The position numbers were made by a program, and so were the translations under genes. Shown piece by piece: positions 1 through 9,063 of a stretch of DNA of 64,000 bases (within the stretch, counting starts at the first letter, position 1; every line of letters begins with the position of its first letter). The stretch is from an uncultured Haloferula sp. (GTDB lineage: Bacteria; Verrucomicrobiota; Verrucomicrobiia; Verrucomicrobiales; Akkermansiaceae): NCBI GenBank assembly GCA_965652295.1, contig CBFGTS010000009.1, positions 96,001 to 160,000 on the forward strand. Reading direction: 5' to 3'. The notes below the pieces were generated by a model, which searched no databases, was not told where the DNA came from, and saw only the letters and a list, made by a program, of their open reading frames with translations.

Positions 1-152
1 ATCACGTTGGCCATGGTGAAGGTTTTCCCCGAGCCGGTCACGCCGAGAAGCGTCTGATGGCGGTTGCCGGCATCGATCGACTTCACGAGCTTCTCGATCG
101 CCTGCGCCTGATCGCCCTGCGCCTGGTAGTCACTGACCAACTGGAATGCCAT
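1..152 (-). CDS. uvrB: Excinuclease ABC subunit B, N-terminal part (runs off window)
   Basis: Manual translation [22 protein letters not shown]...[18 protein letters not shown] is the classic UvrB N-terminus with Walker A. Confidence 0.95.
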   Translation of the reverse strand, partial: MAFQLVSDYQAQGDQAQAIEKLVKSIDAGNRHQTLLGVTGSGKTFTMANV

Positions 153-205
153 CCGGCTGCTTTCCTACGCGCGGGCCGGCGGCATCGCAAGCCGTCCGAT
201 TCCGC

Positions 206-327
206 CTGTCAGAGGCATGACCGTCCCGGTCATCAACGACGGTGCTGAAATCGCTCTGAGAGCTATCGTTACCTTGAAGTGGAAAGCGCCCAACCTTTCA
301 TGACCGGGACGGTCATGCCACTGGCAG
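206..327. repeat. Inverted pair of REP-like palindromes (REPIN-like)
   Basis: 206-236 ctgtcagaggcatgaccgtcccggtcatcaa and the reverse complement of 297-327 match at 28/31. Each arm contains the hairpin ATGACCG-TCC-CGGTCAT. A third copy is at 32159-32187. Confidence 0.85.
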
Positions 328-338
328 ATAACGCCAGC

Positions 339-1187
339 TCACCCCCTCGCCTCGTCTCCCACCGGCGTCAGCCCCACGGCATACAAGCCGATGCCCTTTT
401 CCTCACACAGCGCGTTCACCCGGTCGCGCTCCAATAAAAGCGTTCGGCCCGCCTCGATCGCGATCGCCCCCACGCCCGACTCCGCGCAGGTCTCGATCGT
501 CTGAGGCCCCACCACCGGGACATCGAAACGGAAATCCTGATTCGGCTTCGACACCTTCACCAACATCACGTTTTTCCCCCGGCCCAGCTCTCCGCCGCGG
601 CGGATGCAGGCGTTGGTGCCCTCGAAAGCCTCCACCGCCAGCACCGTGCCGTGGCGGACGACGATCGTCTGCCCGATGTCGAGCCGGCTGGTTTCCTTCG
701 CGATCCGGAATCCGAATTCCGCGTCCTTGATCTGCCGCTCCTTGAACGGCGGCCCGAAAACATGGCCCGGCGTTGGCAGCAGGTCCTCGAGGAAAGTCGT
801 CGCCGGCAACAACGTGATGCCGTCCTTCGCCAGCTCGTCGCCGATCGCCCCGAAAAGCGACTCCGCATTCCGCTCCGGCACCTTGGCCAGCATCATCAAC
901 GTCCGCAGATCCGGACGCAGGTCGAAGAGGTTCTTCGGCGCGATCTGGCCGACCATGATCGCCTCCGTCGCGCCCTGATTCTTGAAAAATTTGATCAACT
1001 TCCCGAGCTGACCGACACGCATCCACTCCACCGCATCCACGGTCTTCGTCGCTTCCTCGCGGGTTTCGTTGTGGAAGGCGGACATCACCAAACGGATGCC
1101 GGGCGAGCTCCGCCGCGCGGCCTCAATGAAGATCATCGGGTAGGCCCCGTTGCCGGCGATGATTCCGATCGTTCGCTGGTCCGCCAT
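339..1187 (-). CDS. lpxI: UDP-2,3-diacylglucosamine diphosphatase LpxI
   Basis: IGIIAGNG, DIGQTIVV, AVEAFEGT, DFRFDVPVVG motifs. Start moved to MADQRT because the longer ORF overlaps the tRNA. Confidence 0.9.
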   Translation of the reverse strand: MADQRTIGIIAGNGAYPMIFIEAARRSSPGIRLVMSAFHNETREEATKTVDAVEWMRVGQLGKLIKFFKNQGATEAIMVGQIAPKNLFDLRPDLRTLMMLAKVPERNAESLFGAIGDELAKDGITLLPATTFLEDLLPTPGHVFGPPFKERQIKDAEFGFRIAKETSRLDIGQTIVVRHGTVLAVEAFEGTNACIRRGGELGRGKNVMLVKVSKPNQDFRFDVPVVGPQTIETCAESGVGAIAIEAGRTLLLERDRVNALCEEKGIGLYAVGLTPVGDEARG

Positions 1188-1210
1188 GCCGGTCGTCACA
1201 AGAAGGAAAA

Positions 1211-1290
1211 TAGCGGCTGTGGGACTCGAACCCACACTCCGAAGAACTCGATTTTGAGTCGAGCGCGTCTACCAATTCCGCCAAGCCGCC
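1211..1290 (-). tRNA. tRNA-Leu (CAA), CCA not encoded
   Basis: GGCGGCTTGGCGGAATTGGTAGACGCGCTCGACTCAAAATCGAGTTCTTCGGAGTGTGGGTTCGAGTCCCACAGCCGCTA folds into a cloverleaf with CAA anticodon, variable arm and GTTCGA T-loop. Confidence 0.96.
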
Positions 1291-1406
1291 CTTGAGGTGC
1301 GCGGATGTTTGCCCTGCCACCCGTTTCCGCGCAAGCGGCAAATGACGCGGCGGTCTTCACCAGTGCTCGCGGCATGCGCTCATCCGGGACGCGGGCCTCC
1401 GAACAT

Positions 1407-1435
1407 AAAAGAGCCGCTTCCTGACAGGAAGCGGC
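1407..1435 (-). terminator. Rho-independent terminator after the His-rich lipoprotein gene
   Basis: gccgcttcctg-a-caggaagcggc hairpin followed by TCTTTT on the minus strand. Confidence 0.75.
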
Positions 1436-1455
1436 CTTCAAAAAATGCCGGCACC

Positions 1456-1632
1456 TCAGTGCGCGTGTTCCTCGCCTTCGGCGTGGTCGTGGCCGGCGTG
1501 ATCTCCACCGTCCCCACCATGTCCATGATCGTCGTGAGTCTCATGCAGGACCTTGGTTTCCTCCCAGTCGTGGCTTTCACACGAAACGGCGGTAAACGCG
1601 GCTACAGCCGCAAGCAGGCAGAAAAGTTTCAT
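1456..1632 (-). CDS. Small His/Asp-rich putative lipoprotein
   Basis: MKLFCLLAAVAAFTAVSC lipoprotein-like signal, then HETHDDHGHGGDGGDHAGHDHAEGEEHAH. Has its own terminator. Confidence 0.7.
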   Translation of the reverse strand: MKLFCLLAAVAAFTAVSCESHDWEETKVLHETHDDHGHGGDGGDHAGHDHAEGEEHAH

Positions 1633-1708
1633 CGCCGCTTCGTTTAGGCGTCCCATCTCCGGCCGGCAAGCGGGAATCGGGCGAGGCGCAGGTCGAAACC
1701 CGCTCCGG

Positions 1709-3139
1709 TTACTCCTGTCTGTCCTCCGACGTTTCGCTACCGACCGGCACGAGCTTGCGGAAATGGATCTGCCCGACCCGGCGGCCGTCAGTGCTGGTGA
1801 CCTTCGCCTCCCAGCCCTCGATCTCCATCGTCTCGCCCACCTCGGGAAAACGCCCGAGCTGCTGGGTCACGTAGCCGCCGATGGTCGTCACCTCGCCGCT
1901 CTCGAGTTCGAGCTCCTCGGTGATGTCGGTGAGATCGTTCAGGGTCACCGTTCCATCCACCACGAATTCGTCCTCCCCCACGCGCACGAAATCCGGACGC
2001 TCGTTGTCGAACTCGTCCTGAATGTCGCCGACGATTTCCTCGATCACGTTGTCGAGGAACACGATGCCCACCGGGGTACCGAACTCGTCCACCGCCAGGG
2101 CGAGGTGCTGGCGCTCCTTGAGGAAGAATTTCAGCAAGGTGTCGAGCGGCATGGTGTCGGGCACCATCTTCAGCTCGCGCTTGATCCGCATGAGATCCGG
2201 ATCGGAATCGCCCACAAGGTCCAGCACGTCCTTGATGTGGATCTGGCCAATGTGGTGGTCGAGGTGCCCCCCCTTCACCAGCGGGAACCGCGTGTGACGG
2301 GTCCGCCGGGCGATCGCCAATGCCTTTTCGAAAGGCTCGTCGGCATCCAGCACGATCACATCCTGGCGCGGCGTCATCACATCGCGCACCCAGAGTTCGT
2401 TCAGCTCCAGCGCGTTGATGGCGATCTCCTGCTCGGTCTCGGTCACCTCCAGCGCCTCACCGCTTTGGGAGACCAACAACACCAGTTCCTCGGCGGAGTG
2501 GACGTGTTCGCCTTCGCTTACAGGATCGATCTGGAAAAACTTCTTCAGCAGGAAGTTCGCCGTGCCGTTGAGAAGCCGGATCGCCCAGTGGAATGACCGG
2601 TAGAACACGTGCAACGGGCTGGCCAGCGCCAGCGTCGTGGCCAGCGACTTGCGGATCGCGATCGACTTCGGCAGCAGCTCGCCGATGACGACGTGCAGGA
2701 AGGTGAAGGAAACGATCGCTAACCCGAGCGAGATCCACTTGATCAGCTCCACGCTCACACCGCCGATCGACATCAGCGGCGGCACCCCGAGCTTGTAGAG
2801 CGTCGGCGAGACCAGCGCGCTGATGAAGGGCTCACCGAGGAAACCGAGCATCAGCGAGGCGATCGTGATGCCCAGCTGGTTGGCGGAAAGGTAACCATCG
2901 AGCTTGGAAACCACGGAGATCGCCCGCGTGGCCTTGCCCGGATGCTCCTCTTCCACGGTCTCCAGCTGGCTGGGCCGCACCTTCACGATGGCGAACTCGG
3001 ACGCCACGAAGAAGGCGTTGAGCAGCAGGAAGAAAATGATCCCCGCAATGTACACGAGGGTTTTCAGAGGAGACGGATAGTCCGTCGAAACCTCGTGGGC
3101 GGCCGCGGCGAGAACAGCCGGATCAAACAACACGTTCAT
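1709..3139 (-). CDS. Hemolysin-family CNNM/CorB transporter (DUF21-CBS-CorC_HlyC)
   Basis: NAFFVASEFAIV, QLGITIASL, GELLPKSIA, VRDVMTPR, VDEFG, IVGDIQDEFD. Confidence 0.9.
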   Translation of the reverse strand: MNVLFDPAVLAAAAHEVSTDYPSPLKTLVYIAGIIFFLLLNAFFVASEFAIVKVRPSQLETVEEEHPGKATRAISVVSKLDGYLSANQLGITIASLMLGFLGEPFISALVSPTLYKLGVPPLMSIGGVSVELIKWISLGLAIVSFTFLHVVIGELLPKSIAIRKSLATTLALASPLHVFYRSFHWAIRLLNGTANFLLKKFFQIDPVSEGEHVHSAEELVLLVSQSGEALEVTETEQEIAINALELNELWVRDVMTPRQDVIVLDADEPFEKALAIARRTRHTRFPLVKGGHLDHHIGQIHIKDVLDLVGDSDPDLMRIKRELKMVPDTMPLDTLLKFFLKERQHLALAVDEFGTPVGIVFLDNVIEEIVGDIQDEFDNERPDFVRVGEDEFVVDGTVTLNDLTDITEELELESGEVTTIGGYVTQQLGRFPEVGETMEIEGWEAKVTSTDGRRVGQIHFRKLVPVGSETSEDRQE

Positions 3140-3145
3140 CGGAGA

Positions 3146-3406
3146 TCACAGCTTTTCGTAAACACCCTGGTCACGCTTCTCAAGAATCGTGAAACCCGCG
3201 GCCTTGGCGTCGCTCACCGAGAGCGGCTTGGCCACCTTGGGGGTATTGATACGGGAAATGACCTTGCGGATCGGATTCCGGCAGGCAAGGCACTTCTCCA
3301 AGGGCGCCCGGTCAACCGGGCGTCGAAGCTCGAATCCTTTGCGACAAATGCGACACGATCGCTCGGGATCGTCCGGATGTTCGGAAACGTATTCGTAAAT
3401 GGGCAT
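3146..3406 (-). CDS. FmdB-family zinc-ribbon protein
   Basis: MPIYEY start, CxxC...CxxC. Confidence 0.8.
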   Translation of the reverse strand: MPIYEYVSEHPDDPERSCRICRKGFELRRPVDRAPLEKCLACRNPIRKVISRINTPKVAKPLSVSDAKAAGFTILEKRDQGVYEKL

Positions 3407-3469
3407 GAGGATGCGGGAGGACGGGCTGTTTCCGCCTCCCGCGAAGAAACTAGCGCATTCCGCGCCAAG

Positions 3470-3739
3470 TCACCAGCTCGACTTCGTCACGCCGGGAAGC
3501 ATCCCGTGCGAAGCCAGCTCACGGAAGCTGATCCGGGAGAGGCGGAAGCGGCGGAGGAACGCGCGGCGGCGACCGGAGTATTCGCAACGGTTCACAACGC
3601 GGGTCGGGCTTGCATCACGCGGAAGCATCGAGAGACCGACGTAGTCCTTCTCGTCCTTCAGCTTGTGACGCAGGTCGGCGTACTTCGCGACAGTGCGTTT
3701 CTTACGGTCGTTGCGGGCAATCCAGCTTTTCTTAGCCAT
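3470..3739 (-). CDS. rpsN: 30S ribosomal protein S14 (89 aa, no full Cys4 zinc site)
   Basis: MAKKS...LPRDASPTRVVNRC...SRISFRELA..G.LPGVTKSSW. Confidence 0.96.
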   Translation of the reverse strand: MAKKSWIARNDRKKRTVAKYADLRHKLKDEKDYVGLSMLPRDASPTRVVNRCEYSGRRRAFLRRFRLSRISFRELASHGMLPGVTKSSW

Positions 3740-3865
3740 AATTCGGGGCGCGGTGGATATCCGCTCACAGCCCTATTGCAAGCCAAAATCGGGGATTTCC
3801 CAAAAACTCCCGCGCTTTACCTTCGAAATTGATCCGTCCCCGACGGATATCCGATGCTCCGCTTC

Positions 3866-4990
3866 ATGCGAGCGCTCTGCATCGTCCTCGATTCCGTCGG
3901 CTGCGGCCACGCCCCCGACGCTTCCGATTTCGGCGATGCCGGGGCGAACACCCTGGGTCACCTCTTCGAGCGCATCCCCGGCCTCCACCTGCCCCATCTC
4001 GCCTCGCTCGGCCTCCACGAGGTGCTGCACGCCAAAGATCCGCAGCTCTCCCTTCCCGACACCACCCTCCACCCGGGCAGCCGCCACGCCCGCCTCACCG
4101 AACGCTCCGCCGGCAAGGACACCACCACCGGCCACTGGGAGCTGATGGGCGCGGTGATCAAAGAACCCTTCGCCACCTTCGAGCGCTTTCCCGAGGACCT
4201 CGTCGCGGAACTGGAGCAAGCCGCGCGGGCTCCGTTCCTCGGAAACGAGGCCGCGTCCGGCACCGAAATCATCGCCCGCCTCGGCGCGGAGCACCTCGTC
4301 ACGGGAAGCCCCATCCTCTACACCAGCGCCGATTCGGTCCTGCAGATCGCCGCCCACGAGGATCCTGCGGTTTTCGCCAACCACCGCCTCCAGCAGCTCT
4401 GCCGCGACGCCCGGGCCATTCTCGACCGCCGAGGAATCCGCGTCGGCCGGGTCATCTCCCGGCCCTTCACCGGAGCCACGCCGGCCGACTTCCAGCGCAC
4501 CTCCAACCGCCACGATTACTCGCTCACCCCGCCGGAGACCGTCCTCAACCGCCTCACCTCCGCCGGCATCGAGGTCCACGCCATCGGCAAGATCAGCGAC
4601 ATCTTCGCCGCCTCCGGCATTTCCCACAGCCATCCGACCCGCTCCAACGCCGACGGCATGGCCGTCATCGAGCGACTCTGGGACGAGCACACCTCCGGCC
4701 TGCTCTTCGCGAATCTCGTCGATTTCGACACCCTTTACGGTCACCGCCGCAATCCGGATGGCTACGCCGCCTGCCTTCGCGAGTTCGATGCCTGGCTCGG
4801 CCCGTTTTTGGAAAAAATCGCCCCGCCGGATGCCCTCATCATCACCGCCGACCACGGCAACGATCCCTATCACCCCGGCACCGACCACACCCGCGAGCAG
4901 GTCCCGCTACTCACCCTGAACAGCCCGCCCATCGCGGAAACTCCCACCTTCGCCGAAGTCGCCCGGCTCATCGAAGCTCTGGAGTGGTGA
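3866..4990 (+). CDS. deoB: Phosphopentomutase
   Basis: IVLDSVG, GKDTTTGHWE, YTSADSV, NLVDFDTLYGHRR, TADHGNDP, DHTRE. Start at 3866 or 3854. Confidence 0.95.
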   Translation: MRALCIVLDSVGCGHAPDASDFGDAGANTLGHLFERIPGLHLPHLASLGLHEVLHAKDPQLSLPDTTLHPGSRHARLTERSAGKDTTTGHWELMGAVIKEPFATFERFPEDLVAELEQAARAPFLGNEAASGTEIIARLGAEHLVTGSPILYTSADSVLQIAAHEDPAVFANHRLQQLCRDARAILDRRGIRVGRVISRPFTGATPADFQRTSNRHDYSLTPPETVLNRLTSAGIEVHAIGKISDIFAASGISHSHPTRSNADGMAVIERLWDEHTSGLLFANLVDFDTLYGHRRNPDGYAACLREFDAWLGPFLEKIAPPDALIITADHGNDPYHPGTDHTREQVPLLTLNSPPIAETPTFAEVARLIEALEW

Positions 4991-5004
4991 TGAATCGCCG
5001 CGGT

Positions 5005-5850
5005 CTAAAGCCGCACGGCACCGTCCCGAAGAGCCTCCACCATCCTTAATGCCTCGCGGTTTTTCCGCACCTCGTGCACCCGGTGGAGCATCGCCCCCTC
5101 CTCGCGCGTCCAGGCCGTGAGCGCCACCGTCGGCCAGTCACGATCCGTCATTTCCTCGCTGTCCAGCAGCCACCCGATGAACCGTTTCCGTGAAAGCCCC
5201 ACCAACAGGGGCCGACCGGCCGGAGCCAGCGAAGCAGTCGCCCGAAGCAACGCGAGATTGTGTTCCAGGGTTTTCCCGAAACCGATGCCCGGATCGTAAA
5301 CGAGAGCCTCAGCGGCGATCCCCGCCGCGACCAGCTCGGCGTGCCGCCGCGCCAGAAAATCCCGAACCTCGGCCACCACGTCCCGGTATTCCGGAGCCTT
5401 CTGCATCGTCCGTGGCTCGCCTTTCATGTGCATCACCACCACGCCACAGCCGGTCTCCCGGCACACCCCGACCATCCGCGGATCACGCAGGCCGCTGACG
5501 TCGTTTACGATGTCGGCCCCGGCCGCGACCGCCGCGCGGGCGACTTCCGGCTTCATGGTATCGATCGAAATCAACCCGTCCCACCCCGCCCTCAGGCCCT
5601 CGATCACCGGCAGTACCCGGTCGATCTCCGCCGCCACCTCCACCGGATCCGCCCCCGGCCGCGTCGATTCGCCGCCGATATCGATCAAGTCCGCGCCCTC
5701 CGCAATCATCTCCTCCGCCCGCCGCAAGGCCGCCGCCGGGGCATCGTGCCGCCCGCCGTCGGAAAACGAATCCGGCGTCACGTTCAGGATCCCCATCACC
5801 GCCGCGCGGTGGCTGAGGTCGAGGGCTTTCCCGCGGAATTTCCACCACAT
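5005..5850 (-). CDS. folP: Dihydropteroate synthase
   Basis: MGILNVTPDSFSDGG, DIGGESTRPG, DPGIGFGK, SRKRF, RVHEV. Confidence 0.95.
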   Translation of the reverse strand: MWWKFRGKALDLSHRAAVMGILNVTPDSFSDGGRHDAPAAALRRAEEMIAEGADLIDIGGESTRPGADPVEVAAEIDRVLPVIEGLRAGWDGLISIDTMKPEVARAAVAAGADIVNDVSGLRDPRMVGVCRETGCGVVVMHMKGEPRTMQKAPEYRDVVAEVRDFLARRHAELVAAGIAAEALVYDPGIGFGKTLEHNLALLRATASLAPAGRPLLVGLSRKRFIGWLLDSEEMTDRDWPTVALTAWTREEGAMLHRVHEVRKNREALRMVEALRDGAVRL

Positions 5851-5907
5851 CTCCCCCCCGGAATGCCGTCTTGCCCCACCCATGGCCAAGCACTAATCTC
5901 CGCCCCC

Positions 5908-6495
5908 ATGAACCGACCGACCCTCTGCGCCATCCTTGGCCTGATCCTCGCGGCGAACGTTTTCGCGCAGGGCCTGCCCGGCATCGGGATCGACGGCCCC
6001 TTCGTCCGCGTGAAGCGCAACGACGATGGCTCCAAAACCGTTTTCGAACGCGGCCAGGACGAGCGCACGATCACCAAGCAGACCTTCACCGCGGGCGGAA
6101 ACCTGACCCTGAAGACCGTCTATCGCCTCGATAAACAAGGCAACCCGCTCAAGTGCGACATCTACGACGGCCTCGGCAACCGGCTCTACAAGACCGCCTT
6201 CGGCTACTCCAAGCGCCCCGGTCCGACCTTCGGCAAGCTGGCCCAGGAACTCCTCTACGATACCCGGGTGAAGCGCTTTTTCCCCGGCACGGATAAGGAA
6301 ATGCCGGTGCACATGTTCGTTTACAAATACAAGCCGGATGGCAGCCCCGAGCTGCCCATCGGCATGACCCTGATCAAGGGCAAGACCGCCGAGGAAGTCT
6401 TCGGCCGCGGCGTCAGCCCCCAGGCGCTGCCCGACCTCAAGGAGCTCGAAGAGGTCAAACCGGCCAACCCGAACGCCCGCCCGGTCGGCCGCTGA
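5908..6495 (+). CDS. Hypothetical secreted protein
   Basis: Signal peptide MNRPTLCAILGLILAANVFAQ, host-like codon usage, promoter-like TTGCCC-N17-TAATCT upstream. Confidence 0.7.
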   Translation: MNRPTLCAILGLILAANVFAQGLPGIGIDGPFVRVKRNDDGSKTVFERGQDERTITKQTFTAGGNLTLKTVYRLDKQGNPLKCDIYDGLGNRLYKTAFGYSKRPGPTFGKLAQELLYDTRVKRFFPGTDKEMPVHMFVYKYKPDGSPELPIGMTLIKGKTAEEVFGRGVSPQALPDLKELEEVKPANPNARPVGR

Positions 6496-6504
6496 TCCGC
6501 CCCC

Positions 6505-7767
6505 ATGCAGCCCCAAACCCTGCTCGCCGTCCTCGTCGGCGGCGCGATCGGAGCCGCCGGGATCCTTCAGGGACTCCAGTGGAAAAATCTCGCCGATGCC
6601 GGGGCCAATGAGGAAAGCCTGGCCCGCATCCGCGAGCTGGAGGCGGAGCTCGAGATGCTGCGTTCGGAAAACGACAGCCTGCGCTCGCTCGCCCAAGGCG
6701 GCGGAGAAATCGAAGTGCCACCCGAACTCGAGCGCTTCATTGAAGATGCCCTCGGGCTCGAATTCCGCAGCTCGCCAGTGGTCCACCGGATCGCCTTCGA
6801 GGAACTTCGCGGCCGGGTCATCGCCTCCATCGAGTCGCGCTTTCCGCCGAACTCGCTCGACCACCGCCAGCAGGCCTGGCGGATGATGGGCCTGCTCGCT
6901 CCCGACGACCTTTTCGCCCCCCAGCTTGCCGCCACCCGCAGCCTCGGCGCGCGCTCGTGGTTCGATGACCAGACCGGCGAAGCCTGGGTGACCGACCAGT
7001 TCGAGCCCACCAGCATTCCCGATCAAGCCGCGCTGCTCCGCGCCCTCGTCCGCATCCTGCTCCACCAGCACTACCCGCCTGGCCCCGGGTACGCGGGCGA
7101 TGAGCCCGACCGCGCCCGCGAAGCCCTCCACCACGGCACCGCCATGGCCATCGAGAACCGCTTCCTCGCCCGGCAAGCCCTCGGCATCGGCTTCACCGGC
7201 ACTCAGAACGGCAACACCGATGCCGCCGACCTCCTCGCCAGTCTGCCCGCTTACATCACCGGCCTCGCCACCTTTCCGGCGCGCATCGGCCTGCCCCGCG
7301 CCGAGCGATTGATGGAAAAGGACGCCCTCCTCACCGACCTCCACTCTCCCCCACAGACGACCGCCGCCCTCTATGGCGACCCTCCCTTTCCGCCCACCGC
7401 CCCGGAAATCGCCGAGGCTCCCGGCACTCTCGTCCTCGAGGAAAGCGCCGGCCGTCTGGGGCTTGAACTCTGGCTCGCCACCCTCGATCTGGAGTGGACC
7501 GCTCCCGCCGCCTCCTGGCGGGGCGATCGCTACCAGCTCCGCGCCCGCAGCGACACCCAGCTCGACCTCTACTGGGACATCGAGCTCACCACGCCCGAAG
7601 CCGCCGACCGCATCCGCGAGGCCGCTCTGGCCTTTGCCAGCGCGCTTGCCGATTCCAAGACGGATGCCACACTGGGCGAGTGGATCACCGCGCCCGACGG
7701 CCACCGGATCACCGTCGAGACCCCCGACCCGACCCACGTCCGCTTCATCCATCTTTCCCCGGAATGA
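6505..7767 (+). CDS. Hypothetical membrane-anchored protein, distant zincin-like
   Basis: N-terminal hydrophobic helix, short coiled coil, LLHQHY and AASWRGDRY segments. Overlaps the marC start (ATGA). Confidence 0.65.
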   Translation: MQPQTLLAVLVGGAIGAAGILQGLQWKNLADAGANEESLARIRELEAELEMLRSENDSLRSLAQGGGEIEVPPELERFIEDALGLEFRSSPVVHRIAFEELRGRVIASIESRFPPNSLDHRQQAWRMMGLLAPDDLFAPQLAATRSLGARSWFDDQTGEAWVTDQFEPTSIPDQAALLRALVRILLHQHYPPGPGYAGDEPDRAREALHHGTAMAIENRFLARQALGIGFTGTQNGNTDAADLLASLPAYITGLATFPARIGLPRAERLMEKDALLTDLHSPPQTTAALYGDPPFPPTAPEIAEAPGTLVLEESAGRLGLELWLATLDLEWTAPAASWRGDRYQLRARSDTQLDLYWDIELTTPEAADRIREAALAFASALADSKTDATLGEWITAPDGHRITVETPDPTHVRFIHLSPE

Positions 7768-8357
7768 ACCTGTTCGCGTTGGCCGCCACCTTCTTCCTCG
7801 TCTTCGATCCCTTCGGGAACGTTGCAGTCTTCCACGGCCTGCTTTCACGCCTCCCCGAGCACCGCCGCCGAACCGTCCTCGTCCGGGAAATGCTCATCGC
7901 CCTCGGCGTGATGCTCGTCTTCCTGCTGTGCGGACGCTTTCTCCTCGGTTTCCTCGCCATTCATCCCGCCACCCTCAGCATCTCCGGCGGCATCATCCTT
8001 TTCCTCATCGCACTCGGCATGCTGTTTCCCACCCGGAGTCTGTTCCACGAGGCGGAGGAAGAGGAACCTTTCATTGTCCCGATGGCGGTCCCCATGTTCG
8101 CCGGACCCTCGGCCATCGCCTTGCTGCTTCTCACCACCTCGAAGCATCCGGACCAACTGCCGTCCATCGCGACCGCCCTCGGGCTTGCGTGGCTCGCCTC
8201 CGCCATCATTCTTCTCCTTTCGCCTGCCCTCATGCACTTCCTCGGAAAGAAGGGCACCCGCGCCACGGAACGCCTGATGGGCCTGCTGCTCATTCTCATC
8301 GCCGTCCAGATGTTCCTCAACGGCCTCACCCAATACCAAACCACCTTCCATCCATGA
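7764..8357 (+). CDS. MarC-family membrane protein
   Basis: DPFGN, ISGGIILF, IVPMAVPMFAGP, ERLMGLLL. Confidence 0.9.
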   Translation: MNLFALAATFFLVFDPFGNVAVFHGLLSRLPEHRRRTVLVREMLIALGVMLVFLLCGRFLLGFLAIHPATLSISGGIILFLIALGMLFPTRSLFHEAEEEEPFIVPMAVPMFAGPSAIALLLLTTSKHPDQLPSIATALGLAWLASAIILLLSPALMHFLGKKGTRATERLMGLLLILIAVQMFLNGLTQYQTTFHP

Positions 8358-8629
8358 TCGCCCGCCGAGTCACCTTCGAGGGCCGCGTCCAAGGCGTCGG
8401 CTTCCGCTACACCTGCAAGGACCTCGCCAAAGGCTTCGAGGTCGTCGGCACCGTCCGCAACCTGCCCGAGGGCACCGTCGAACTCGAGGTCATGGGCGAA
8501 GCCTCCGAGGTCGAGGACTTCATCCAGGAAATCGCCGAGGAAAGCCCCATGGCCCACAACATCAAGGGCATGCACGTGAAGAACATCACGCCGCTGGAGG
8601 GCGTGAAAGGTTTCACCATCACGGGCTGA
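8354..8629 (+). CDS. acyP: Acylphosphatase
   Basis: GRVQGVGFR and GTVRNLPEGTVE motifs. Confidence 0.92.
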   Translation: MIARRVTFEGRVQGVGFRYTCKDLAKGFEVVGTVRNLPEGTVELEVMGEASEVEDFIQEIAEESPMAHNIKGMHVKNITPLEGVKGFTITG

Positions 8630-8698
8630 GGACGGATTGGAACGCGAGCTTCAGCTCGCTCAAGAACCCGGTCGACCTGAAGCTCGCGTTCCAATCTT

Positions 8699-9019
8699 CT
8701 ACCTGACCTCCCCCCCCACCCACTTCAAATACGCCTCCGCTCCGCGCTCCACGGGCAGGGCGAGGATTTCCGGCGTATCGTAGGGATGCAGCTCCCCGAG
8801 CGCCGACTCCAGCTCCGCATACCGGCCACGGGTCGTCTTGATCACCGTCAGCACCTCCGCCTCGTCGCAAACCTTTCCCTCCCAGCGGTAAATCGAGCGC
8901 AGGCCCGGCACCACGTTCACACAGGCCGCCACTTGCTTTTCCACCAGGACTGCGCCAATCTGTCGCGCCGCCAACTCGTCAGGGAAGGTGCATAGCACCA
9001 CCAGCACGTCCGTTTCCAT
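8699..9019 (-). CDS. cutA: Divalent-cation tolerance protein CutA
   Basis: AACVN, SIYRWEG, LHPYDTPEI. Confidence 0.92.
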   Translation of the reverse strand: METDVLVVLCTFPDELAARQIGAVLVEKQVAACVNVVPGLRSIYRWEGKVCDEAEVLTVIKTTRGRYAELESALGELHPYDTPEILALPVERGAEAYLKWVGGEVR

Positions 9020-9063
9020 TTCTTTCCTGAACACTGAAATCTGAAAACTAGCAAACTCTGGAA

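Noticed and set aside
1211..1290. tRNA-Leu as an island integration site
   Set aside because: I saw no integrase and no duplicated tRNA 3' end in the window, and the flanks are core genes.
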